Of a stretch of DNA of 64,000 nt, positions 50,901 to 64,000 are shown piece by piece. Origin of the DNA: Porphyridium purpureum (Eukaryota); contig VRMN01000014.1 in assembly GCA_008690995.1 (NCBI GenBank), forward strand, positions 62,001-126,000, in the 5' to 3' direction. The notes under the pieces were generated by a model that did no database searches, was not told the origin of the DNA, and worked only from the letters and a program-made list of their open reading frames with translations. The translations under genes were made by a program, and so were the position numbers. The first letter of the stretch is position 1. Every line of letters begins with the position of its first letter.

Positions 50901-51733
50901 TGGCAGCTTTCAAGAACTCAGCCATTTCACCCAACCATCGTCGTCGCTCCGGCAAGGTGCGGCGCAGAATTGCGTACCGACACCTGCTGCGTGATAGGCT
51001 GCCTCAGCCCTCACGCTGCGCCATCCCCCGTCAGCCCAGCCGAGAGAAAACCTACCCCCAATCTCACTGGCCTGGTCGTCCTTCCCTTTTACTCTTTTCC
51101 GGCCGCCGTCTACGGCGGCCTTTTCTACCTATCCTAGCCTACCCCTGCTGTATTTTTATGAACCCTACGTATAACTAAAGGGATCGGTTAGAAAGAGGGT
51201 CTTGTCGGTACAATAGGCATGCAGTGGAGAGCGTGGCTGGGGTCAACGTGTACCCTAGTATCGAACGCGGGTGTCCTGCCCCGGTAGCAGGGCCGCTGCA
51301 TGCGTGTCGGCGACCATCGAAGACGGCGTCCCACAGGTATATAAGCACAGCATGTCACCGTTACCACAGACACAACCACTTAGCTTTAAGGTAGAGAAAT
51401 CTAGAGTGTGGAGACTAAACAGTTGCTTTCGGGTATCTGTTTGGTTCGGTCTTTCGGCAGTGAACTTCGGTTTATTTTTCTTTCACATCACGTAATAAGC
51501 CTATCCACTCAAGGCTTTCTTGCCAGGTGGACCCAATCTTACCATTCCAGCACATATTGAGGGTTTGATTTTAGTTGACAAGGATACAAGCTGTTCGCGC
51601 GGCGGCGAGCGGGGACAAGAAAAAGTAGAATCTTATGTTGAACAAACAGGTCGTTCGACCACATTCGCGAATTTGGGAAGACCTTTGGCTTAGAAGCCGA
51701 GCCAAAGCATTTGCAAGCGGCATTAATTGATGA

Positions 51734-54700
51734 GTGGTCGCAATGCCTGAGACTGGGAGCGGAGCCGGTGGCCGTGGCCGCGGTGGAAGTAGCTCCACTC
51801 CCGTATCAGGAGGGGGAGAGGCTTTGGCAGATGAAGCATTGGGCATGGTGGACAGTGGAGCGCGTGAAACAGCGGAAGTTGTACCTCAGTCTCCAGCGCA
51901 GGCGAACAGCGCTGCGTTCGAGATTGATACATCAACTATGGATCTCTCCAGGTGTACAAATGAACGCTTGAATGCGATTCATGACATCGAAGACTTTGCA
52001 GCCATGTACAGCTCGCTCAGAGGTGTACCTTTAATGGTGCGTATGGTGCGCTTGCTTCCTCTTGAGTGTATTGAGAAAGCGGGTGTCTTTGTGCGTGAGG
52101 AGTTGGCGCGTAGTCTTTGTGATGCGGGCGTTCCTCATTTTAGGGAGAGTGATTCTCGTGCGCCCACATTGGAACGCTTCCTCGCAATGAACAACGCACA
52201 CACTGCGATGGTGGTAAACTCCAGTTCGAGTGGTGGCCGTGAGCATGCGGAGCAACAGGGACCGCATTCGCCAGCCGACCCACGCCTCAGCTTGAGGGCA
52301 TCAGGCGGTGATCAAGGAATGAGGCGTGCTCTCGCACCGTCAAGTAGTCCCACAGCTCCTGCAATCCCTGGAGACCCTGAATTTGTTTTGCAGTTGCTAT
52401 CTCGTCTGTCCAAATTTGTTACTTCTGACAGGACATTCGCAATGGACGAAGTACAAGACAAAAGTTTACATCAGGACTAGAAAATTGAGATTGTGAACTT
52501 GTTTTCACGCGCAAACGTACCTTCACAAATTGCTCCATACATGCTTTCTATGTTTTCAGGAGGCATGCTTCGGGCGTCTCTTTATAAGAGCGCAGACGAT
52601 CCCAAAGCTGATCACGTCATGATCAGTCTAGAATCTGCATTCGCATTCCTAGATGCTCGAGTGTTTTCAGGCGTGTATCATGAGCGCATGGTCCGAACTT
52701 TTGAACGAATCACATTCGCCAAGATGGAGGCGCGGATGCGCAACAGTACACGGCATGGAATACTATACGTACTTTACTTTGAGAAGCTCAAGATGGCCCA
52801 GGGGTGCCTACCTATTAAATTCCAGGATGATAAGTCGCTCTTGCTGCAGCTGAAGCACGCAGTCGAGGATGAGAACTTTGCTGGGAACGCTCTCTTGCAA
52901 GCGTAAGCGTCCGACGACGATCTCTATTCACAGCTACTCGAGAATCTCGATCGCGCTGCGCGCAATCGATCGAACGCGCAACTAGGTTTTCCTGGTAGAT
53001 CTGCACCGCCTGAAAATGATGCACGCGCTTCCAAAGTAATATTCTCTCGCCCCGTGCGAAAGTTGACAGAAGACTTATCAAAGCCTGCACATGGCCAAAC
53101 TTCGGCGCGTAACAATGGGAATCGAGACATCGCTTCTCAGCGAGCTTGTTACAATAGTGGGAGCACAAGCCACATAATTGCGGAATGCAATATGCCGCCG
53201 AAGCCAGGACTAAAAAAATATCCAGCTCGTAACCTCTTTGCGATGATGACAGTGCAGGAAAATGCATTTTCCGCAGACGCAAACGATCCCGACATACCAT
53301 CACGAAGTGTCCGACATGATGGCTTCAATTTTCAGCAAGATCGCGATTTCAGTGACGATGACCCATATGATGAGCAGAACCAGGGAAACGAGCCTGGGTC
53401 TCCCAACATTTAGTTCCCCAGTCTGGACAGACCCGAAACCCACTATGGGCGCAACTGTGGGAATGTGCGCTTCTAGCGCGCTGTGGACAAAAGCTGAATA
53501 GCGCTCACAAAACTGGGGACATTGTAGGATCACTGACACACACAGAAATCTGGGGATTCTGGGTCGACACGGGAGCTACAAATAGTTTCGTGTCGTTGCC
53601 ACAAGGGCATGCATACTGCGTACAAGCCAATCAGAGTTCTCAGCCTCTGCAAACAAAAGCAAAGGAATGTAGCTTCGACGTCGGAACGTACAAAGTGCTT
53701 GGCCAAGGACAAGCGCGATTACCCGTGTCCGATGAATTCTATTTCATTTTTCTTTTGGATGTCTTGGGGACGGCAGACGCAAATGACCCGTCCTGGCCGC
53801 CGGCTGTTCATGGTCTGAAAGACATGGACGGCTTGAAATGCTATTTCAATAACTTTCAAGACCTGGTATTTCCGAAGCTTGGACTCTCGTGTCGCTTGCA
53901 ACGTAAGTTCGGCAAGTTATTTCTCATAGCGTCATTGCCATTTGACCGTGCTTTACTCACGCATCAAGAATTGCAGAAGATCCATCGCAAATTTGCTCAT
54001 GCATCCGCCGCCAAGTTGGAGCACATATTTGATCTTGCAGGGACCCCACTCGCCGAAAACGATACTTCGACGCTCAGAGCTTTAATCAAAAATTGCCACA
54101 TTTGTCAGCGCTTTGCGAAAAAGCCGCGGTCACCTGAATTATCTGCATCCATTGACGTTTCATTCAACCATACAGTCCAGCTTGATCATTTTTACTTGCA
54201 TCAGTCGGCAGTCAATCGTACCATGCCTGTCATGCACGTCATATGCGCAGGAACACGATTTCAGACCGGACAGTGGCTCCCTGACGGGTGTTCGGCACAA
54301 GCGCTGTGGGACATTTTCAATTTGATCTGGGTCACGGCGTACAGCGGGGCTCCCCATATTGTCAAAGTAGATCCGGGTTCAGCGTATGACTGCGCTGACT
54401 TCAAATCGCTGGCAAACGCGAGTGGGATTTACGTAAGCGTACAGCCAATTGAGGCGCATGAGTCAATTGGCAAAATCGAGCGCGCGCACGCCATCATACG
54501 CACGATGTACGACAAATATACTGAGGAGGACCCAAATGCAGACAATGATGAAGCCCTGGCGCATTGCTTTCTCGTCGCGAACTGCACGCCGAGTCATTCT
54601 GTTGCCCCGCCTGCACTCATGGTTTTCGGCCCAATGCCAAGACTCGTCATTGGCGCTGTCGCTGACATTCCATCACAAACCGATCGCATCAGGGCAATGT

Positions 54701-56534
54701 TGATAGCTCGCCGTGTGTTTGAAGAACATGTTGCCCGAAAATATCTGAATCTCGCGCTTTCGAAACATCATGTCACCCGTACTTACCGACGTCGACCGTG
54801 TCCCAGTTTAAGGACATTGTGCTCTTGATGCTCGCGAATCAAGCAAACGCAATCAAAGCTTTACAAACTATGACGGTCCATGTTTGCGTGCATCGATCGA
54901 GGGAAATTCCGTAGGTCTCAGGGTCCCACCTTCAGGCGCAATCAAAATTTTTATCTTTCTCGTGTTAGAAGATATCGCTCGTCTTCCGCTTCCCCGGATC
55001 CTTCAACGCGACACGAATTGCTTACGCAGGCAGTCTCTGCAAGACAATTTCGTCTTGATGAAAGCATTCAGGAACGCTTTCGAGAATCCGATTTGGAAGA
55101 AATTAAGTGGTTGCACGATCATGGTGTCCTTCGTGTAGTTACTCATCCCCATTCCCGCGCAATTCTTGTTCCCGCCAAAATGGTCCGGGTCTTAAATAAT
55201 TTTAACACGCCGGAGGAGCACGCAAAGTCGCGCCTAGTCGCTCTTGGAGATCAAGACAAGGGGAAAAAGGATGTTCTGGTTCAAGCACCAATACTGGCAG
55301 CTTGGAGTCAACGTGTGATACTCTCTCTCGGGGCAAATCGTGGCTGGAATCTCCGCACAGAAGATGCAAAGAAAGCATACGCACAAAGCTCGAGCACATT
55401 ACGTCGTCAGATATGTTTAGTCATATTTGGGAAGCTGGCCCATCTTTTCTGTGACGCTATACGTATGACGCCGCGTGACAGAGTCTACGTCCTTCTCATC
55501 AAGCAACTGTATGGATTGACAGAGTCTGCTATGTAATGGTGGTTCTCACTTCAGGAAGTTCTCAGCTCTCTTTCACTGCGACCTTCATTCCTGGACCCGT
55601 GCCTCTTTAGCTCACAAGCAGGCGTTGTCGGTGTTATATCTGACAACATTTTATATTGTGGAACGGAACAATTCCTACAGGACGTGCATACGCAACTCTC
55701 CAAGTTCATAATGTCTGCTATACAGTCCATTCCGATGCAATTCAATGGAGCTGTTCTCGAAGATGCGCCGCTTCGTATGCATCATAAGCCGTACATCGAT
55801 GCGCTACTGTCGGACGCCGCAATGCCCGATACTGCTGCCCGAGCGCGAGGGAAAGTTAGATGGCTCGCCTCGCTCACCCGTCCCGATCTGCTGTGGTTCC
55901 AATTTACGGATGCATCAGCCTTTTGGAACGGGAGTGGAGTATACTGAAGCGGTACTTACGAGACACACGTGATTGGACTTTGATCTTTCGTCCGTTAAAG
56001 CCGCCACTCAGCATTCATTCGTACTCTGATGCTGCACTTGCCGACGATCATTCGCTCCAAAGCAGACTCGGCTTCGTGATCTTCTTGTGCGATTCGGCTG
56101 GCCAAGCTCACGTCCTACATGCGCGCTTGTATTTATCCGCAAGAGTAGTGCGTTCTGTTTCAGCGGTCGAAATTTATGCCCCCTCAAATTGCTTAGATTT
56201 CACGTTGGCGTTGCAAGCAGTGTTGCATGAATTGTACAAGACCATTATTCCAGTCACATTCTTCACCGATTCGCAGAGCATTTTCGGCACCGCACAGAAG
56301 GTACACGTCATCACAGAGAAACGTCTCATGATTGATGTGCAACAAATACGTGATGCGCTCGCCAATGGTCAGATAGAAGATGTCTCTCACTTGTACGCCG
56401 CGGCAAGCATTGCGGACAGCTTGACTGAGCATGACACGAGGCGCCATCTCTGGCAAACTGTCCTCACGCAAGGTCTCCTATCACACCCGGTCCATCTCTC
56501 AACGCAAGCGCTTCAGTGCGAATCGCCAAGGTAA
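51734..56534 (+). mobile_element. Decayed Copia LTR retrotransposon, GalEa-like (gag-PR-IN-RT-RH)
   Basis: Degenerate zinc knuckle CYNSGSTSHIIAEC; protease VDTGATNSFV; HRKFAH...CHIC; integrase VQLDHF, KVDPGSAY, SIGKIERAH; RT AKSRLVALG, DAKKAYAQS, KQLYGLTESA; RNase H YSDAA, FTDSQSIF, TEKRLMIDV, IADSLT. Many stops and frameshifts; matching LTRs not identified. Confidence 0.85.
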
Positions 56535-58037
56535 GATCCCGGAAACCAAGATTCACGTCGAAAACTGTCTGCCGCGTCGATCTCCGTTAGCTGGTACCCC
56601 TTCTCGAGCACGACAACGCCATCGCATCTCTCATTGCGCGCGCGACACGCGCCCTGTTTTTCGCGTTCATCTCTTGTTCCGCTGTTTCGTGGATCTCATT
56701 CGCGTATATGTGATCCCACTCTGTTTGAACGCGTTTCCGGTGACATTCTTTCGTTGTGTCACATCAATCGAACCCGCCACGCATCACGAAAGCAAGGATG
56801 CCCCCCGCTGTTTTTCGCTCTTCTGGGACTTTTGCGTTGTCCCCTCTGCTGTTTGTCAATGTCTCGGTCGCTGATCTGACGCGCTGTCCGCGCTTCAAAA
56901 GTAAGGGACTGTCAATTATTCATTCAATAATTGACTGGGTACAGTATCCACTGTACCCAGCTGACCCTCGACATAACCTTCTATGGTGATATCGAGGGCC
57001 TCATACAGATAAATAAGGCTCGGAGCGCGCCGATCGACGGCGAGCGGGTAGAATAAAACAAAGAGAGTTTTTAGTTGAGTGATAAAAAGGTTTGAACACC
57101 ACAATCTCGCTAGGGGACATGCAGGCGCTGAGTCTCTCTCGCACGTGACCACCTGAAGCGAAACCAACCCAATGTCGTGGAAACGGAAGGTTCGCGATTT
57201 CGCTTGTGGTTTACAGCGACTGCGTCTGTCCAGTGCAGCGCAGCGAGACAGCGGACATCTCCGGTGAACACGGGCTGCTGGAACTTGCCTTCCGTCCCGG
57301 AGCCGATCGAGCGAGGACACTGTGAAGATTTCGAACAAGGTTCATCTGGAGACGCTGGTCGTCATCCCGCAAATTATTCAGCAGGAGCTTCGCGAAATAA
57401 TGCTAGTTGAGTGCAGTGTAGATTTCAAAGTCAAGCCCGAGGGGTTTCTGCGCCTGAGTGACGTATCGCGGCTTGGACGCAAAGTGCTGTCTATTTGCAA
57501 CAAGCGCGAGCGTAAAGGGCGACATCCGTCGAGTGGTTTACTGCAGAGAATAAACGGAAGAAAAGAATAGAGCAGAAGTAAACAGAGTTAAAGAAGCTGG
57601 CGAGATAAAAGATCATGAACAGTCGATTTCTGTCTCCGCAGCGGTTTACTAGCCTATCTTGTGTTAATTTGGAAGACAATCATTTGGAAGCAAAGAAGGT
57701 TTAGAATTAGTCGAAAAGCTAGAATAGTCTGTTTGCCAGTAAAATTTACCTATCTAGTCGTTGTGCGTATTCGTGAAAAACTACTGTCTTTGCGAATCGT
57801 AGAAGATACTTTACATATTCCAATCTTCTACTTCATAATTAAGACGGTAACATCACTCTTTCGGGTTGCGATGAAGCAAGTCAAGCAAGTGCCAAGCATT
57901 GAAAGTAAAAAGCAGCGAGTGGGCGAGCTTGTGTGAGGCGAAGTGCGCCCTTTATTTTTGTGTTTAAAGCGAATCGTGGTGAGAGTAGGCGAAGTCGTGC
58001 GAGTCGATTGCTGCGGAAGAGCGAACTGGGCGCCGCC

Positions 58038-60195
58038 ATGGACTTGAACGAAAGCGCGGCATTGATCAACGCGCTCTTTGAGCAAGAAGAAACCGTCGAC
58101 ATCGACTGGATGCAGGATGCTCAAGAGTATGCGAGAGCGAAGGGCGGAGAAAGTTCGAGGAGAAATTAGAAGACATACTGGAAGCGCCTCTCTGACTTTT
58201 TAGTCCAGCATTATGCGAATACTGGCGCTATCAGCCTTACTGATGAACGAGGCTCTGCTGAGACGCACTTTGGTATCCAAGCCGGCGCATTGACGAAAGA
58301 AATGGTTACAAGATACCTCGTGACTCTCAAGAAGAGCAAGTCAGGTGCTCATATCGGCCCTGATGGCCTGGCATCCGCAAAGTCGGCTTTGCGAGCACTA
58401 TTCGACGATCAAAAAATCGCAGTGCCTGTCTTCTTCAAGACAGAAATCAGCCAGCTGGCGCGCGGAATGTAAAAAAAAGAGATTGCAGGACAAACGTAAG
58501 GGAAAAGAAAAGGATGACGACGATAAAATGTACCTGGCGTACTCTTTGTATGTTTCCCTTTGCTCTTTCTTAATCTCTAACGCCTCCACCCCCGCGCGGG
58601 CCGCATGTCAGAAGGGCAGAGTATCAGGCTCCACTGATACAACAACTGCTCCGTTTACTCACTTGTTCTCCATTCTCTGTTGGAATCTGATGTGCCGAGG
58701 AGATAATACGCAAGACATTACATTCAGACACCTTCATTGGGCGGGTGATGCTCTTGGTGTCCATTTTACAACGGCCAAAAATGATACGGACGGAGAAGGC
58801 CTCGCACGGGAGACAAAACACGTTTATGCAAACCCGACCGAACCACAAACATGCGCAATCCTTTCGCTGGCGATATACTGCGCGAGCGGGCTGACCGCAA
58901 CCGGAGTCGAACTATTTCCTGGAGGTCATCAAGCCGAGCGCGTCCGTAAATGCATGCAAGATGCACTTTCAAGCCCTTCTTGCTCTATCCTTCTTTCAAC
59001 ATTGGGCAGAAAGCCGAGGGAATTTGGACTTCACTCGCTGCGAAAAGGCGCGGCAATGTACGGGACATGAGGTTCGGTTGGTGGGTCAAGCTTGACATCG
59101 ATCCTGCGCAGATGAGGCTGGTCAGTTGGGGACACGCTCGGGAGATACTTGCGGGCAGACAGCGCTGGTGACCAATTCGTGGGTCGTTGCCTCGCTGGCC
59201 TTCCGATAAACAAGGCTACCTTTGCCCTGCTTCCGCCGCACTTTACGACTGAGTCTTTGTGTCACCAGTTGATTAGCTCGAAGATCAACACTGCCATTCA
59301 CATGGTTTTTCCATTTGTCGACCTAGCTGAGCACATGAACATGCGTGAAGTTCTGCTCATGTGTCTGGCCTCTTTAATATATCATCGCGAGTGGCTACAA
59401 AGTGCGCTACCAGCCAACCATCGTCTAAGGCAAAACTTTGCCATGACTGCACCGGAGCTTGCAGAGCTTGCAGACTACGCAGTCACAACGAGTGAAAGTG
59501 GCATGACGGCGACAGGCATCCCGCCTCAGACTGCGATCCTTAAGCAACTTCAAGAGTTGCGTCCAGAAAACTTGTTGGATGGAGTGAAGTGCATTTTAGA
59601 GGAATGTGCCGTAAGCGGTGACCGCGCGTACATGGAACAGCGGCTCATCGGGATGGAGTAAAGAATCTAGAGCTCGCTGGCCCGCCTTGTGAGCGACCAT
59701 CGTGTGGATAAAGATCAGCGTCGAAATGATCGCCCGCTTAACGCAGAGTCTCTTCTGCACTTCTGGAAAGGAAAGGACCGCCTCGTGCCCGAGAAATGGC
59801 CCGGCTTGCCCACTGTCTGACCGCCAGCAGGCTGGCAACTCTGGTGGGAAGGATATGAACACAAGTTCTCAGAAACAGAGTCCGTAAGCATTCCTGCCTT
59901 CCGGCTGTTGAAAGCGTCGGACTTCGCGACCAGGTCCGGTCAGTGCGCACTGAGTGGCGCCATTTGATGTCGTATTACACGGATAAGGTACGCGTCTTGG
60001 AGCCTGCGATTGATCACACACACCCAAGCCTAGCCAACATCCAAAATACGTGGAAGGCTCATGAAAGCATGGCATCGCGCCAAAGTCTGCTGAAAAGATG
60101 ACGCGCACAATTCGTGCGTCGAATCGCACAGTTCTAACCACTGCAAAAGTCATTCGAAAGCCGAGGCGTGCTGAAAATGTATCCACACTGCCTTA
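58038..60195 (+). mobile_element. Crypton-type tyrosine-recombinase element, copy 3, pseudogenised
   Basis: MDLNES...SAKSALRALF...CWNLMCRGDN...WAGDALGVHFTTAKNDTDG...KHVYANPTEP...FGLHSLRKGA...GW...GRYL...GDQFVGRCLAGLP...MTATGIPP. In-frame stops at about 58167, 58470, 59068 and 59113, plus frameshifts. Confidence 0.82.
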
Positions 60196-60849
60196 ACAGG
60201 CTCGCACAGCGCCTCGTCCGGGAATCAGGGGTAAGCCAATTTCAAAGAAGGCAAAATGTGCAAATTGATCAGTTGGCTCGAATTGAATGCGCATCTGCGC
60301 GGCACATTGTGAACGTTCCTTGACCCATTGAAGTTGCTTGTCCTGCAGCTTTGCGATCGTGTGGTATCTGCGACACACATCGTCCCCTTCTCCAGTTGCG
60401 CCTCTGCTCCGCCGCTATACCACCAGCGCCTCCACAAATTCTAATGTAAACGCCTTGATATCTCGGCGCCATCTGCCCAAAGAGCTGTAGGCGCGATGAA
60501 CAGCGCCGTCCCCCAATGCCATTTTTTCGCGCCGTGGGCTCATATAAGCCTTATTCATATCGCTGTCGCTGCTCCCATTTGTCAAGCTTGCTGTCAAGCG
60601 CAACACGAAGCGCCAATCCGTCCCTAATGCGTCTCCATTATGCCGGCGCATTGCGAACACATCCCACCCTTCAGCTGCGTGATAATAAGGCATTAACAAG
60701 CATGACTTTGCGCAGCTCGCTGGTCAACCGCAAGCGCGCGCGGCCGCATTTTCGTGTTTCCAAACGCATGCCATTGTCAAACATCCATGGCTAAGCTTTT
60801 GTTGAGGAGCACCAGCTACAGGTGGACATGTTGGAAACATGCCATCTTT

Positions 60850-61290
60850 ACTCCAAATTTATTGCCTGTCGTTTTTGACAGACAATAGTGATATGCAACT
60901 GTATATTCTTTGTACAATGAAAGGGCTCAGTACACAGTGATGTGAGCACAGAATAGTGCTGTATTATTAGTTATAAGAGCAGCATGTAGATTCAAATAAA
61001 TTGTAGAAAACACACTTTAACCGTAGGGGCTAAGGATACAAGCCTGATTCCTCACCGTGACTAGAAGCCGACAATTTCTCGCCCGGCGACAGCTTTCGCC
61101 TCGCTCTTTTATGGTGCGCCTGTCCACAGCTCCGGGAGCGCGCGGGCACCTCGGCTGTTGCGACTCGATAGTCCAAGCCGTCACGACTGGCGCCGGCGGA
61201 AACTCCGAAGTCTAGCCCCACTATCCCGCATCTACGGTTACGGCTGCACACCCGGCCTGTACAGTCGTCCTTCACAATTTCACACAAATT
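60850..61290 (-). repeat. Probable 3' LTR of the 61.3-64 kb Copia element (boundaries approximate)
   Basis: Purine-rich GAATACGAAGGAA followed by TGTG on the minus strand at about 61284, then an AT-rich distal part with AATAAA at about 60860. No second copy in the window. Confidence 0.4.
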
Positions 61291-61331
61291 CCTTCGTATT
61301 CTGCTGGCAAAGACCCGTGTCCATGCGTCGA

Positions 61332-64000
61332 TCAATACGCCAGCTCGTCGCTGGTCACGCGACCGGGCAACATGTCTGGAAGCCTTGCAAAGTTAAATCC
61401 CTGAAGGGGTTTGGTCAACACGTCGACGACCAACTCTTCCGACGTACAATATGCAAAGGTGACCTCGCCTCGTTTCGCCCTGTCAGGCATGAAGAAGTAA
61501 CGAATTCCTACATGCTCAGTTCTCGACAAGTTCGATCTTCGATTATGAATCAACGCTATGGTTGACATATTGTTCTGCAGCAGCATGCTCTCACGGACGT
61601 TAAGTCTAAGCTCCCGCAAGAAGCGTGCAGTCTAGACTATCTTGCCTGCGCTGTCGCTTGCCACCACAAGTTCTGCTTCCATTGAAATTTTGGTGTTTAG
61701 CGACTACTTGGCACTGCGTCCTTTAATGAGCCTACACGTATGGTTGGTACTTCTCATCGGGACCCACCAACACGCCTGTTATGAACCTGTCCAGGTGAAC
61801 GTGAACATCTGGCAACCCGTCTGGCACTTCGGCGTTAAGGAACGCGCCCGGAAAGTCAGCATTTCCCGCGCACAGACTTTGGCTAGCCGCCAGCACGGAC
61901 AGGATCATCACACTGTCTGTCCCGGCAGTCGGCGCCGACCGGTTCGGATACAGGTTGAGATACTGATGGTTTCCACCGGCTACGAGGCGGGCCTTTATTC
62001 TCACAACGTTTCCGTCGCTGTCGACTTTCTCCTTGAGAAACATATGAGTTGGCAATATGCGCGCCCGTTTCGCTTTGATCAGTGCACAGCGATTCACTGG
62101 CACCAGCGCACCGAAGCCGTTTTCCTTGTTCAATCGCGCGTCTTTGTCTTTCACCGCACGCGCTGCAAGAGCTTCGTACTTCTACAATGCTGAGCAGATC
62201 GACATGTTCAACGCCAGATCTCGCCTCGTGCCCAAAACAACCATCGCTTGCTCCCTCTTTGTTTTTCCTCGTTGTCGCGAGAATCGTCCGAAATGGCAAC
62301 TTTATTTCGCTTTTTGGACCGTTTTGGAGTGTCGAAAAGCTCGGGGTCTTCCGAGGCATTTTCATACTCAAACTCGCGCAATACAATATTTTGTATATAA
62401 TCGGGGTCCCCGGATGGATCTACGTCTGGAAGTGCTTCGCTCCCAAATCCGAGCTCGCTCATTTAGCCGGCGTTTTTTGGTTCGGCATGTTCGACGCCGC
62501 GTTCCAGCTCCTTTTCATGGCGCACGATGGCGTCAATCCTCTCCTGCAGAACGCACACTCTCTCCAGTGCTTCATTGTGCGCAATCTTACGCTTGTCCGA
62601 GCCTGCGCGCACTTTCTTCTTGATTGATACGGTGATTTCGTAGCTGCGCCGCACTGGAATCGCTAGGACAGTGTCTCCTTGAATTGGCTGCGTCTGTATG
62701 GGGTCAGGCACGTACTCTTGCGTTGCTGCGGTGTCCGGTACAAACTCTTGCGTTGCTGCACTTAGCGGCGCATCGTCCACAGACGACTCGGAAGCATGAA
62801 TATCCTGTTCCATGTCAGTACGGTCACAGTGGTATACCGCACCGACTTCACCTGCTTCGACATGGTCCGATACAGAACCGTCCATATCCGCGGCGTCGTC
62901 ATTTGCATCAGTCTCTTCATCCAATCTTGCATTATCACCGGCTTTGTCGTCACTTCCTGCCATCCTCATGCCAGAGTCCGTCATGTCGACGGGCCCGACC
63001 ATCTTACTCTCAAACCCTGACATTCGGGCGATCACTTCGTGCGGAACCGGTACCTGTGTCCAGCGCTGCCGAGCAATGGTATGCGGTGTGCCTAGGTCAC
63101 AGAACACCCAGCTGCCGGAAAGGTTCAGCACCGGATAAAGCCATATGCAACCTGTCGTGCGCGGCACTTTACCGCTGGACACGCTCTTCTGGTGAACTTG
63201 GGCACTGTCTCCAAATGCTAAAGCTCCTTTTTCGTGTCCAGCATTCTCCCAGTTACTTGCTCGTACGACGGGCTGGCCCCCTCTGTTTCAGCACAGAATA
63301 CGGTGCTCCTGGTGCCGTTTACCCTTTAGACGCGGTACTTGCACAGCGCTGCCAATAAAGTGCGGGGGAGCGGGTATGGAATCCCGCGAAGCACTGCGCG
63401 CATCTGACCTTTTACGAGCCTGCTTACGCGCTCGATTGGTTGCACCGATTCACTTCCAGCAACTAAGTCTAGTGTAAGCCCGCTCGCTTTCATCCACGGT
63501 TCCAGCGCCCGGATTCCGCTCTCTGAATCCGAGTGGAGGTGCGTAATCCTGATCCCGTGCACCCTGAGATCCGCGACTTGCTCTTGGAGAGCTCTCCTCA
63601 TCTCAACACTGCTCTTGCTGCTTACCTGCGTGAATAGTAGGTACTGCAATGGCTTGCACAGCGACACCAGAAGAATTTGACGGTTGGCGAACATCAAGTT
63701 GCAGTGGAGTGACCCAAAAGTGCTCGCCATGCTACGTGATCCCTTCGGAATGACGGCCGAAGTTTGGCCCGTCCTTTTGCCCTTCGCTGTTTCCTTCATG
63801 GGCCCCCATTTGACCTCCGCACGGCCCACGTCGCGCGTACTCACGGGGGCATTAGGCACTGCTCCCGTTCTGATCGCGTGCTTCAGATTCACAGCCGATG
63901 GGTAGGCTATCTTAAGTTCTACTTCTCTCGCCTCTCTGGCTCTAGCATTCTCCCTTGGTGAAAACTCTGCTTCTCTCTCAGCCATGGTGCCCGTCATCAG
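61332..64000 (-). mobile_element. Third Copia lineage (CoDi-like), decayed, RT core internally deleted, continues beyond the window
   Basis: Pre-integrase IAYPSAVNLKHAIRTGAVPNAPVSTRDV; integrase HSDSESGI, PIERVSRLVK; RT start THMFLKEK...IKARLVAGGN...ADFPGAFLNAE; then a jump near 61725 to the RNase H end (MEAELV, TEHVGIRYFF, VDVLTKPLQG). No YVDD segment. Confidence 0.85.

Noticed and set aside
56900..57950. AT-richer stretch with LTR-like composition between the GalEa element and Crypton copy 3
   Set aside because: No second copy, defined TG...CA termini or coding motif could be established.
60193..60800. Minus-strand fragments convergent with Crypton copy 3 (GWDVFAMRR resembles a SET-domain start)
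   Set aside because: Only one short motif; no other SET motifs, and the frames are broken. It cannot be supported as a second Crypton ORF without a profile search.
1..64000. tRNA, rRNA or spliceosomal snRNA genes
   Set aside because: No convincing cloverleaf/T-loop context or U1, U2 or U6 signature was seen by eye. A covariance-model scan would be needed to exclude them.

Overview
Eukaryotic nuclear DNA, most likely from a unicellular red alga (Porphyridium-like). This is an inference from intron-poor GC-rich genes, MAF-starting plastid transit peptides, a CP12 lacking the N-terminal Cys pair, and GTAAGT/GTACGT...CTGAC...YAG introns. The window has three parts. (1) 1-3554 is the 3' part of an intact-looking Ty1/Copia element with PPT and a 793-bp 3' LTR. 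(2) 4.5-42.3 kb is a gene-dense block of about 18 genes: XMAP215/MOR1, NELF-B/COBRA1-like, PPR, Spt20-like polyQ, DMT transporter, OPR protein, a Pho88/Snd3-thioredoxin fusion, spliced NDUFB2, CLC, NIPA, argininosuccinate synthase, tandem CBM25 protein, spliced COX19, CP12, alpha/beta hydrolase, guanylate kinase, RPB7 and a CAMKK-like kinase. Many sit in head-to-head pairs whose shared promoters carry clustered, often 10-13-bp-spaced GTAC motifs. (3) 42.5-64 kb is a transposon cluster: three divergent Crypton-type tyrosine-recombinase elements (one nearly intact), a T-less satellite, a MULE-like TIR element, a Tc1/mariner, a decayed GalEa-type Copia and a third, internally deleted Copia. All family calls come from motif recognition by eye, not from database searches.
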